From NCBI GenBank assembly GCA_964016885.1, contig OZ024743.1:176018001-176082000 (forward strand): 64,000 nucleotides of DNA. Direction: 5' to 3'. Positions 28,531-42,350 of the stretch are shown in pieces. The notes below the pieces were generated by a model. That model ran no database searches and was not told the DNA's origin. It was given only the letters and a program-made list of their open reading frames with translations. Each line of letters starts with the position of its first letter. The first letter of the stretch is position 1. A program made the translations under genes and the position numbers. The DNA is from Eledone cirrhosa. Lineage: Eukaryota.

Positions 28531-31500
28531 TTAGACACAGTAGCAGTAACAACAGCAGTAGTAACAACAACAGTATTAGTAGTAACAACCCTGTAACAGT
28601 AGTAATAACAGCATTAACATTAGACACAGTAGCAGTAACAACAGCAGTAGTAACAGCAACAGTAGCAGTACCAACAACCCAGTAACAGTAGTAATAACAG
28701 CATTAACATTAGACACAGTAGCAGTAACAACAGCAGTAGTAACAGCAACAGTAGCAGTAGTAACAACACTGTAACAGTAGTAATAACAGCATTAACATTA
28801 GACACAGTAGCAGTAACAACAGCAGTAGTAACAGCAACAGTAGCAGTAGTAACAACCCAGTAACAGTAGTAATAACAGCATTAACATTAGACATAGTAGC
28901 AGTAACAACAGCAGTAGTAACAGCAACAGTAGCAGTAGTAACAACCCTGTAACAGTAGTAATAACAGCATTAACATTAGACACAGTAGCAGTAACAACAG
29001 CAGTAGTAACAACAACAGTAGTAGTAGTAACAACCCTGTAACAGTAGTAATAACAGCATTAACATTAGACACAGTAGCAGTAACAACAGCAGTAGTAACA
29101 ACAACAGTAGTAGTAGTAACAACCCAGTAACAGTAGTAATAACAGCATTAACATTAGACACAGTAGACGTAACAACAGCAGCAGTAACAGCAACAGTAGC
29201 AGTAGTAACAACCCTGTAACAGTAGTAATAACAGCATTAACATTAGACACAGTAGCAGTAACAACAGCAGTAGTAACAACAACAGTAGTAGTAGTAACAA
29301 CCCAGTAACAGTAGTAATAACAGCATTAACATTAGACACAGTAGCAGTAACAACAGCAGTAGTAACAGCAACAGTAGTAGTAGTAACAACCCAGTAACAG
29401 TAGTAATAACAGCATTAAAATTAGACACAGTAGCAGTAACAACAGCAGTAGTAACAGCAACAGTAGTAGTAGTAACAACCCTGTAACAGTAGTAGTAACA
29501 GCATTAACATTAGACACAGTAGCAGTAACAACGGCAGTATTAACAATAACAGTAGTAGTAGTAACAACCCTGTAACAGTAGTAATAACAGCATTAACATT
29601 AGACACAGTAGCAGTAACAACAACAGCAGTAACAGTAGTAATAACAGCATTAACATTAGACACAGTAGCAGTAACAACAGCAGTAGTAACAGCAACAGTA
29701 GCAGTAGCAACAACCCTGTAACAGTAGCAATAACAGCATTAACATTAGACACAGTAGCAGTAACAGCAGCAGTAGTAACAGCAACAGTAGTAGTTTTAAC
29801 AACCCAGTAACAGTAGTAATAACAGCATTAACATTAGACACAGTAGCAGTAACAACAGCAGTAGTAACAGCAACAGTAGCAGTAGCAACAACCCTGTAAC
29901 AGTAGCAATAACAGCATTAACATTAGACACAGTAGCAGTAAAACAGCAGTAGTAGTAGTAACAACCCAGTAACAGTAGTAATAACAGCATTAACATTAGA
30001 CACAGTAGCAGTAACACAGCAGTAGTAACAACAACAGTAGCAGTACCAACAACCCAGTAACAGTAGTAATAACAGCATTAACATTAGACACAGTAGCAGT
30101 AACAACAGCAGTAGTAACAGCAACAGTAGTAGTAGTAACAACCCAGTAACAGTAGTAATAACAGCATTAACATTAGACACAGTAGCAGTAACAACAGCAG
30201 TAGTAACAGCAACAGTAGCAGTACCAACAACCTTGTAACAGTAGTAATAACAGCATTAACATTAGACACAGTAGCAGTAACAACAGCAGTAGTAACAGCA
30301 ACAGTAGCAGTAGTAACAACCCAGTAACAGTAGTAATAACAGCATTAACAATAGACACAGTAGCAGTAACAACAGCAGTAGTAACAACAACAGTAGTAGT
30401 AGTAACAACCCAGTAACAGTAGTAATAACAGCATTAACATTAGACACAGTAGCAGTAACGACAGCAGTAGTAACAGCAACAGTAGCAGTACCAACAACCC
30501 AGTAACAGTAGTAATAACAGCATTAACATTAGACACAGTAGCAGTAACAACAGCAGTAGTAACAGCAACAGTAGCAGTAGTAACAACCCAGTAACAGTAG
30601 TAATAACAGCATTACCATTAGACATAGTAGCAGTAACAACAGCAGTAGTAACAGCAACAGTAGCAGTAGTAACAACCCTGTAACAGTAGTAATAACAGCA
30701 TTAACATTAGACACAGTAGCCGTAACAACAGCAGTAGTAACAGCAACAGTAGCAGTAGTAACAACCCTGTAACAGTAGTAATAACAGCATTAACATTAGA
30801 CACAGTAGCAATAACAACAGCAGTAGTAACAGCAACAGTAGTAGTAGTAACAACCCAGTAACAGTAGTAATAACAGCATTAACATTAGACACAGTAGCAG
30901 TAACAACAGCAGTAGTAACAGCAACAGTAGTAGTAGTAACAACCCTGTAACAGTAGTAGTAACAGCATTAACATTAGACACAGTAGCAGTAACAACAGCA
31001 GTATTAACAACAACAGTAGTAGTAGTAACAACCCTGTAACAGTAGTAATAACAGCATTAACATTAGACACAGTAGCAGTAACAACAGCAGTAGTAGTAGT
31101 AACAACCCAGTAACAGTAGTAATAACAGCATTAACATTAGACACAGTAGCAGTAGCACAGCAGTAGTAACAACAACAGTAGCAGTACCAACAACCCAGTA
31201 ACAGTAGTAATAACAGCATTAACATTAGACACAGTAGCAGTAACAACAGCAGTAGTAACAGCAACAGTAGTAGTAGTAACAACCCAGTAACAGTAGTAAT
31301 AACAGCATTAACATTAGACACAGTAGCAGTAACAACAACAGTAGTAGTAGTAACGACCCTGTAACAGTAGTAATAACAGCATTAACATTAGACACAGTAG
31401 CAGTAACAACAGCAGTAGTAACAGCAACAGTAGCAGTACCAACAACCTTGTAACAGTAGTAATAACAGCATTAACATTAGACACAGTAGCAGTAACAACA

Positions 31501-33587
31501 TATGTAGTAACAACAACAGTAGTAGTAGTAACAACCCAGTAACAGTAGTAATAACAGCATTAACATTAGACACAGTAGCAGTAACAACAACAGTAGTAGT
31601 AGTAACAACCCTGTAACAGTAGTAATAACAGCATTAACATTAGACACAGTAGCAGTATCAACAGCAGTAGTAACAGCAACAGAAGTAGTAGTAACAACCC
31701 AGTAACAGTAGTAATAACAGCATTAACATTAGACACAGTAGCAGTAACAACAGCAGTAGTAACAGCAACAGTAGCAGTACCAACAACCCAGTAACAGTAG
31801 TAATAACAGCATTAACATTAGAAACAGTAGCAGTAACAACAGCAGTAGTAACAGCAACAGTAGCAGTAATAACAACCCTGTAACAGTAGTAATAACAGCA
31901 TTAACATTAGACACAGTAGCAGTAACGACAGCAGTAGTAACAGCAACAGTAGCAGTACCAACAACCCAGTAACAGTAGTAATAACAGCATTAACATTAGA
32001 CACAGTAGCAGTAACAACAGCAGTAGTAACAGCAACTGTAGCAGTAGTAACAACCCTGTAACAGTAGTAATAACATCATTAACATTAGACACAGTAGCAG
32101 TAACAACAGCAGTAGTAACAGCAACAGTAGCAGTACCAACAACCCAGTAACAGTAGTAATAACAGCATTAACATTAGACACAGTAGCAGTAACAACAGCA
32201 GTAATAACAGCAACAGTAGCAGTAGTAACAACAGCAGTAACAGTAGTAATAACAGCATTAACATTAGACACAGTAGCAGTAACACCAGCAGTAGTAACAG
32301 CAACCGTAGCAGTAGTAACAACCCTGTAACAGTAGTAATAACAGCATTTACATTAGACACAGTAGCAGTAACAACAGCAGTAGTAACAGCAACAGTAGTA
32401 GTAGTAACAACCCAATAACAGTAGTAATAACAGCATTAACATTAGACACAGAAGCAGTAACAACAGCAGTAGTAACAACAGCAGTAGTAGTAGTAACAAC
32501 AGAAGTAACAGTAGTAATAACAGCATTAACATTAGACACAGTAGCAGTAACAACAGCAGTAGTAACAGCAACAGTAGTAGTAGTAACAACCCAATAACAG
32601 TAGTAATAACAGCATTAACATTAGACACAGTAGCAGTAACAACAGCAGTAGTAACAGCAACAGTAGCAGTAGTAACAACAGCAGTAACAGTAGTAATAAC
32701 AGCATTAACATTAGACACAGTAGCAGTAACAACAGCAGTAGTAACAGCAACAGTAGCAGTAGTAACAACAGCAGTAACAGTAGTAATAACAGCATTAACA
32801 TTAGACACACTAGCAGTAACAACAGCAGTAGTAACAGCAACAGTAGCAGTAGTAACAACAGCAGTAACAGTAGTAATACCAGCATTAACATTAGACACAG
32901 TAGCAGTAACAACAGCAGTAGTAACAGCAACAGTAGCAGTAGTAACAACCCTGTAACAATAGTATTAACAGCATTTACATTAGACACAGTAGCAGTAACA
33001 ACAGCAGAAGTAACAACAACAGTAGCAGTACCAACAACCCAGTAACAGTAGTAATAACAGCATTAACATTAGACACAGTAGCAGTAACAACAGCAGTAGT
33101 AACAGCAACAGTAGCAGTAGCAACAACCCTGTAACAGTAGTAATAACAGCATTAACATTAGACACAGTAGCAGTAACAACCGCAGTAGTAGTAGTAACAA
33201 TCCAGTAACAGTAGTAATAACAGCATTAACATTAGACACAGTAGCAGTAACAACAGCAGTAGTAACAGCAACAGTAGCAGTACCAACAACCCAGTAACAG
33301 TAGTAATATCAGCATTAACATTAGACACAGTAGCAGTAACAACAGCAGTAGTAACAGCAACATTAGTAGTAGTAACAACCCAATAACAGTAGTAATAACA
33401 GCATTAACATTAGACACAGTAGCAGTAACAACAGCAGTAGTAACAGCAACAGTAGTAGTAGTAACAACCCTGTAACAGTAGTAATAACAGCATTAACATT
33501 AGACACAGTAGCAGTAACAACAGCAGTAGTAACAACAACAGTAGCAGTAGTAACAACCCAGTAACAGTAGTAATAACAGCATTAACA

Positions 33588-36500
33588 TTAGACACAGTAG
33601 CAGTAACAACAGCAGTAGTAACAACAACAGTAGCAGTAGTAACATCCCAATAACAGTAGTAATAACAGCATTAACATTAGACACAGTAACAGTAACAACA
33701 GCAGTAGTAACAGCAACAGTAGTAGTAGTAACAACCCAATAACAGTAGTAATAACAGCATTAACATGAGACACAGTAGCAGTAACAACAGCAGTAGTAAC
33801 AACAACAGTAGCAGTAGTAACAACAGCAGTAACAGTAGTAATAACAGCATTAACATTAGACACAGTAGCAGTAACAACAGCAGTAGTAACAGCAACAGTA
33901 GCAGGAGTAACAACAGCAGTAACAGTAGTAATAACAGCATTAACATTAGACACAGTAGCAGTAACAACAGCAGTAGTAACAGCAACAGTAGTAGTAGTAA
34001 CAACAGCAGTAACAGTAGTAATAACAGCATTAACATTAGACACAGTAGCAGTAACAACAGCAGTAGTAACAGCAACAGTAGCAGTAGTAACAACATCAGT
34101 AACAGTAGTAATAACAGCATTAACATTAGACACAGTAGCAGTAACAACAGCAGTAGTAACAGCAACAGTAGCAGTAGTAACAACCCAGTAACAGTAGTAA
34201 TAACACCATTAACATTAGACACAGTAGCAGTAACAACAGCAGTAGTAACAGCAACAGTAGTAGTAGTAACAACCCAATAACAGTAGTAATAACAGCATTA
34301 ACATAAGACACAGTAGCAGTAACAACAGCCGTAGTAACAGCAACAGTAGCAGTAGTAACAACAGCAGTAACAGTAGTAATAACAGCATTAGCATTAGACA
34401 CAGTAGCAGTAACAACAGCAGTAGTAACAGCAACAGTAGCAGTAGTAACAACAGCAGTAACAGTAGTAATACCAGCATTAACATTAGACACAGTAGCAGT
34501 AACAACAGCAGTAGTAACAGCAACAGTAGCAGTAGTAACAACCCTGTAACAGTAGTAATAACAGCATTTACATTAGACACAGTAGCAGTAACAACAGCAG
34601 AAGTAACAGCAACAGTTGTAGTAGTAACAACCCAATAACAGTAGTAATAACAGCATTAACATTAGACACAGTAGCAGTAACAACAGCAGTAGTAACAACA
34701 GCAGTAGTAGTAGTAACAACCCAGTAACAGTAGTAAAAACAGCATTAACATTAGACACAGTAGCAGTAACAACAGCAGTAGTAACAACAACAGTAGTAGT
34801 AGTAACAACCCTGTAACAGTAGTAATAACAGCATTAACATTAGACACAGTAGCAGTAACAACAGCAGTAGTAACAGCAACAGTAGCAGTACCAACAACCC
34901 AGTAACAGTAGTAATAACAGCATTAACATTAGACACAGTAGCAGTAACAACAGCAGTAGTAACAGCAACAGTAGCAGTAGTAACAACACTGTAACAGTAG
35001 TAATAACAGCATTAACATTAGACACAGTAGCAGTAACAACAGCAGTAGTAACAGCAACAGTAGCAGTAGTAACAACCCAGTAACAGTAGTAATAACAGCA
35101 TTAACATTAGACATAGTAGCAGTAACAACAGCAGTAGTAACAGCAACAGTAGCAGTAGTAACAACCCTGTAACAGTAGTAATAACAGCATTAACATTAGA
35201 CACAGTAGCAGTAACAACAGCAGTAGTAACAACAACAGTAGTAGTAGTAACAACCCTGTAACAGTAGTAATAACAGCATTAACATTAGACACAGTAGCAG
35301 TAACAACAGCAGTAGTAACAACAACAGTAGTAGTAGTAACAACCCAGTAACAGTAGTAATAACAGCATTAACATTAGACACAGTAGACGTAACAACAGCA
35401 GCAGTAACAGCAACAGTAGCAGTAGTAACAACCCTGTAACAGTAGTAATAACAGCATTAACATTAGACACAGTAGCAGTAACAACAGCAGTAGTAACAAC
35501 AACAGTAGTAGTAGTAACAACCCAGTAACAGTAGTAATAACAGCATTAACATTAGACACAGTAGCAGTAACAACAGCAGTAGTAACAGCAACAGTAGTAG
35601 TAGTAACAACCCAGTAACAGTAGTAATAACAGCATTAACATTAGACACAGTAGCAGTAACAACAGCAGTAGTAACAGCAACAGTAGTAGTAGTAACAACC
35701 CTGTAACAGTAGTAATAACAGCATTAACATTAGACACAGTAGCAGTAACAACAGCAGTAGTAACAGCAACAGTAGTAGTAGTAACAACCCTGTAACAGTA
35801 GTAATAACAGCATTAACATTAGACACAGTAGCAGTAACAACAGCAGTAGTAACAGCAACAGTAGCAGTAGTAACAACAGCAGTAACGGTAGTAATAACAG
35901 CATTAACATTAGACACAATAGCAGTAACAACAGCAGTAGTAACAGCAACAGTAGCAGTAGTAACAACAGCAGTAACTGTAGTAATAACAGCATTAACATT
36001 AGACACAGTAGCAGTAACAACAGCAGTAGTAACAGCAACAGTAGCAGTAGTAACAGCAGCAGTAACATTAGTAATAACAGCATTAACATTAGACACAGTA
36101 GCAGTAACAACAGCAGTAGTAACAGCAACAGTAGCAGTAGTAACAACCCAGTAACAGTAGTAATAACAGCATTAACATTAGACACAGTAGCAGTATCAAC
36201 AGCAGTAGTAACAGCAACAGTAGCAGTAGTAACAACCCTGTAACAGTAGTAATAACAGCATTAACATTAGACACAGTAGCAGTAACAACAGCAGTAGTAA
36301 CAGCAACAGTAGCAGTAGTAACAACCCAGTAACAGTAGTAATAACAGCATTAACATTAGACACAGTAGCAGTAACAACAGCAGTAGTAACAGCAACAGTA
36401 GCAGTAGTAACAACAGCAGTAACAGTAGTAATAACAGCATTAACATTAGACACAGTAGCAGTAACAACAACAGTAGAAACAGCAACAGTAGTAGTAGTAA

Positions 36501-39500
36501 CAACCCTGTAACAGTAGTAATAACAGCATTAACGTTAGACACAGTAGCAGTAACAACAGCAGTAGTAACAGCAACAGTAGCAGTAGTAACAACAGCAGTA
36601 ACAGTAGTAATAACAGCATTAACATTAGACACAGTAACAGTAACAACAGCAGTAGTAACAGCAACAGTAGCAGTAGTAACAACCCAGTAACAGTAGTAAT
36701 AACAGCATTAACATTAGACACAGTAGCAGTAACAACAGCAGTAGTAACAGCAACAGTAGCAGTAGTAACAACCCAGTAACAGTAGTAATAACAGCATTAA
36801 CATTAGACACAGTAGCAGTAACAACAGCAGTAGTAACAGCAACAGTAGCAGTAGTAACAACAGCAGTAACAGTAGTAATAACAGCATTAACATTAGACAC
36901 AGTAGCAGTAACAACAGCAGTAGTAACAGCAACAGTAGCAGTAGTAACAACAGCAGTAACAGTAGTAATAACAGCATTAACATTAGACACAGTAGCAGTA
37001 ACAACAGCAGTAGTAACAGCAACAGTAGTAGTAGTAACAACAGCAGTAACAGTAGTAATAACAGCATTAACATTAGACACAGTAGCAGTAACAACAGCAG
37101 TAGTAACAGCAACAGTAGCAGTGGTAACAACAGCAGTAACAGTAGTAATAACAGCATTAACATTAGACACAGTAGCAGTAACAACAGCAGTAGTAACAGC
37201 AACAGTAGCAGTAGTAACAGCAGCAGTAACAGTAGTAATAACAGCATTAACATTAGACACAGTAGCAGTAACAACAGCAGTAGTAACAGCAACAGTAGCA
37301 GTAGTAACAACCCAGTAACAGTAGTAATAACAGCATTAACATTAGACACAGTAGCAGTATCAACAGCAGTAGTAACAGCAACAGTAGCAGTAGTAACAAC
37401 CCTGTAACAGTAGTAATAACAGCATTAACATTAGACACAGTAGCAGTAACAACAGCAGTAGTAACAGCAACAGTAGCAGTAGTAACAACCCAGTAACAGT
37501 AGTAATAACAGCATTAACATTAGACACAGTAGCAGTAGCAACAGCAGTAGTAACAGCAACAGTAGCAGTAGTAACAACAGCAGTAACAGTAGTAATAACA
37601 GTATTAACATTAGACACAGTAGCAGTAACAACAACAGTAGAAACAGCAACAGTAGTAGTAGTAACAACCCTGTAACAGTAGTAATAACAGCATTAACATT
37701 AGACACAGTAGCAGTAACAACAGCAGTAGTAACAACAACAGTAGCAGTAGTAACAACAGCAGTAACAGTAGTAATAACAGCATTAACATTAGACACAGTA
37801 GCAGTAACAACAGCAGTAGTAACAGCAACAGTAGCAGGAGTAACAACAGCAGTAACAGTAGTAATAACAGCATTAACATTAGACACAGTAGCAGTAACAA
37901 CAGCAGTAGTAACAGCAACAGTAGTAGTAGTAACAACAGCAGTAACAGTAGTAATAACAGCATTAACATTAGACACAGTAGCAGTAACAACAGCAGTAGT
38001 AACAACAACAGTAGCAGTAGTAACATCCCAATAACAGTAGTAATAACAGCATTAACATTAGACACAGTAACAGTAACAACAGCAGTAGTAACAGCAACAG
38101 TAGTAGTAGTAACAACCCAATAACAGTAGTAATAACAGCATTAACATGAGACACAGTAGCAGTAACAACAGCAGTAGTAACAACAACAGTAGCAGTAGTA
38201 ACAACAGCAGTAACAGTAGTAATAACAGCATTAACATTAGACACAGTAGCAGTAACAACAGCAGTAGTAACAGCAACAGTAGCAGGAGTAACAACAGCAG
38301 TAACAGTAGTAATAACAGCATTAACATTAGACACAGTAGCAGTAACAACAGCAGTAGTAACAGCAACAGTAGTAGTAGTAACAACAGCAGTAACAGTAGT
38401 AATAACAGCATTAACATTAGACACAGTAGCAGTAACAACAGCAGTAGTAACAGCAACAGTAGCAGTAGTAACAACATCAGTAACAGTAGTAATAACAGCA
38501 TTAACATTAGACACAGTAGCAGTAACAACAGCAGTAGTAACAGCAACAGTAGCAGTAGTAACAACCCAGTAACAGTAGTAATAACACCATTAACATTAGA
38601 CACAGTAGCAGTAACAACAGCAGTAGTAACAGCAACAGTAGTAGTAGTAACAACCCAATAACAGTAGTAATAACAGCATTAACATAAGACACAGTAGCAG
38701 TAACAACAGCCGTAGTAACAGCAACAGTAGCAGTAGTAACAACAGCAGTAACAGTAGTAATAACAGCATTAGCATTAGACACAGTAGCAGTAACAACAGC
38801 AGTAGTAACAGCAACAGTAGCAGTAGTAACAACAGCAGTAACAGTAGTAATACCAGCATTAACATTAGACACAGTAGCAGTAACAACAGCAGTAGTAACA
38901 GCAACAGTAGCAGTAGTAACAACCCTGTAACAGTAGTAATAACAGCATTTACATTAGACACAGTAGCAGTAACAACAGCAGAAGTAACAGCAACAGTTGT
39001 AGTAGTAACAACCCAATAACAGTAGTAATAACAGCATTAACATTAGACACAGTAGCAGTAACAACAGCAGTAGTAACAACAGCAGTAGTAGTAGTAACAA
39101 CCCAGTAACAGTAGTAAAAACAGCATTAACATTAGACACAGTAGCAGTAACAACAGCAGTAGTAACAACAACAGTAGTAGTAGTAACAACCCTGTAACAG
39201 TAGTAATAACAGCATTAACATTAGACACAGTAGCAGTAACAACAGCAGTAGTAACAGCAACAGTAGCAGTACCAACAACCCAGTAACAGTAGTAATAACA
39301 GCATTAACATTAGACACAGTAGCAGTAACAACAGCAGTAGTAACAGCAACAGTAGCAGTAGTAACAACACTGTAACAGTAGTAATAACAGCATTAACATT
39401 AGACACAGTAGCAGTAACAACAGCAGTAGTAACAGCAACAGTAGCAGTAGTAACAACCCAGTAACAGTAGTAATAACAGCATTAACATTAGACATAGTAG

Positions 39501-42350
39501 CAGTAACAACAGCAGTAGTAACAGCAACAGTAGCAGTAGTAACAACCCTGTAACAGTAGTAATAACAGCATTAACATTAGACACAGTAGCAGTAACAACA
39601 GCAGTAGTAACAACAACAGTAGTAGTAGTAACAACCCTGTAACAGTAGTAATAACAGCATTAACATTAGACACAGTAGCAGTAACAACAGCAGTAGTAAC
39701 AACAACAGTAGTAGTAGTAACAACCCAGTAACAGTAGTAATAACAGCATTAACATTAGACACAGTAGACGTAACAACAGCAGCAGTAACAGCAACAGTAG
39801 CAGTAGTAACAACCCTGTAACAGTAGTAATAACAGCATTAACATTAGACACAGTAGCAGTAACAACAGCAGTAGTAACAACAACAGTAGTAGTAGTAACA
39901 ACCCAGTAACAGTAGTAATAACAGCATTAACATTAGACACAGTAGCAGTAACAACAGCAGTAGTAACAGCAACAGTAGTAGTAGTAACAACCCAGTAACA
40001 GTAGTAATAACAGCATTAACATTAGACACAGTAGCAGTAACAACAGCAGTAGTAACAGCAACAGTAGTAGTAGTAACAACCCTGTAACAGTAGTAATAAC
40101 AGCATTAACATTAGACACAGTAGCAGTAACAACAGCAGTAGTAACAGCAACAGTAGTAGTAGTAACAACCCTGTAACAGTAGTAATAACAGCATTAACAT
40201 TAGACACAGTAGCAGTAACAACAGCAGTAGTAACAGCAACAGTAGCAGTAGTAACAACAGCAGTAACGGTAGTAATAACAGCATTAACATTAGACACAGT
40301 AGCAGTAACAACAGCAGTAGTAACAGCAACAGTAGCAGTAGTAACAACAGCAGTAACTGTAGTAATAACAGCATTAACATTAGACACAGTAGCAGTAACA
40401 ACAGCAGTAGTAACAGCAACAGTAGCAGTAGTAACAGCAGCAGTAACATTAGTAATAACAGCATTAACATTAGACACAGTAGCAGTAACAACAGCAGTAG
40501 TAACAGCAACAGTAGCAGTAGTAACAACCCAGTAACAGTAGTAATAACAGCATTAACATTAGACACAGTAGCAGTATCAACAGCAGTAGTAACAGCAACA
40601 GTAGCAGTAGTAACAACCCTGTAACAGTAGTAATAACAGCATTAACATTAGACACAGTAGCAGTAACAACAGCAGTAGTAACAGCAACAGTAGCAGTAGT
40701 AACAACCCAGTAACAGTAGTAATAACAGCATTAACATTAGACACAGTAGCAGTAACAACAGCAGTAGTAACAGCAACAGTAGCAGTAGTAACAACAGCAG
40801 TAACAGTAGTAATAACAGCATTAACATTAGACACAGTAGCAGTAACAACAACAGTAGAAACAGCAACAGTAGTAGTAGTAACAACCCTGTAACAGTAGTA
40901 ATAACAGCATTAACGTTAGACACAGTAGCAGTAACAACAGCAGTAGTAACAGCAACAGTAGCAGTAGTAACAACAGCAGTAACAGTAGTAATAACAGCAT
41001 TAACATTAGACACAGTAACAGTAACAACAGCAGTAGTAACAGCAACAGTAGCAGTAGTAACAACCCAGTAACAGTAGTAATAACAGCATTAACATTAGAC
41101 ACAGTAGCAGTAACAACAGCAGTAGTAACAGCAACAGTAGCAGTAGTAACAACCCAGTAACAGTAGTAATAACAGCATTAACATTAGACACAGTAGCAGT
41201 AACAACAGCAGTAGTAACAGCAACAGTAGCAGTAGTAACAACAGCAGTAACAGTAGTAATAACAGCATTAACATTAGACACAGTAGCAGTAACAACAGCA
41301 GTAGTAACAGCAACAGTAGCAGTAGTAACAACAGCAGTAACAGTAGTAATAACAGCATTAACATTAGACACAGTAGCAGTAACAACAGCAGTAGTAACAG
41401 CAACAGTAGTAGTAGTAACAACAGCAGTAACAGTAGTAATAACAGCATTAACATTAGACACAGTAGCAGTAACAACAGCAGTAGTAACAGCAACAGTAGC
41501 AGTGGTAACAACAGCAGTAACAGTAGTAATAACAGCATTAACATTAGACACAGTAGCAGTAACAACAGCAGTAGTAACAGCAACAGTAGCAGTAGTAACA
41601 GCAGCAGTAACAGTAGTAATAACAGCATTAACATTAGACACAGTAGCAGTAACAACAGCAGTAGTAACAGCAACAGTAGCAGTAGTAACAACCCAGTAAC
41701 AGTAGTAATAACAGCATTAACATTAGACACAGTAGCAGTATCAACAGCAGTAGTAACAGCAACAGTAGCAGTAGTAACAACCCTGTAACAGTAGTAATAA
41801 CAGCATTAACATTAGACACAGTAGCAGTAACAACAGCAGTAGTAACAGCAACAGTAGCAGTAGTAACAACCCAGTAACAGTAGTAATAACAGCATTAACA
41901 TTAGACACAGTAGCAGTAGCAACAGCAGTAGTAACAGCAACAGTAGCAGTAGTAACAACAGCAGTAACAGTAGTAATAACAGTATTAACATTAGACACAG
42001 TAGCAGTAACAACAACAGTAGAAACAGCAACAGTAGTAGTAGTAACAACCCTGTAACAGTAGTAATAACAGCATTAACATTAGACACAGTAGCAGTAACA
42101 ACAGCAGTAGTAACAACAACAGTAGCAGTAGTAACAACAGCAGTAACAGTAGTAATAACAGCATTAACATTAGACACAGTAGCAGTAACAACAGCAGTAG
42201 TAACAGCAACAGTAGCAGGAGTAACAACAGCAGTAACAGTAGTAATAACAGCATTAACATTAGACACAGTAGCAGTAACAACAGCAGTAGTAACAGCAAC
42301 AGTAGTAGTAGTAACAACAGCAGTAACAGTAGTAATAACAGCATTAACAT
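33588..42350. repeat. 4381-bp (~49-monomer) tandem duplication, with a third copy at ~46290-50670
   Basis: Identical variant order at +4381 (ORF starts 33765/38146, 34126/38507, 36625/41006, 37121/41502). I noticed one substitution between copies (ACACAATA near 35915 vs ACACAGTA near 40296). Confidence 0.9.
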
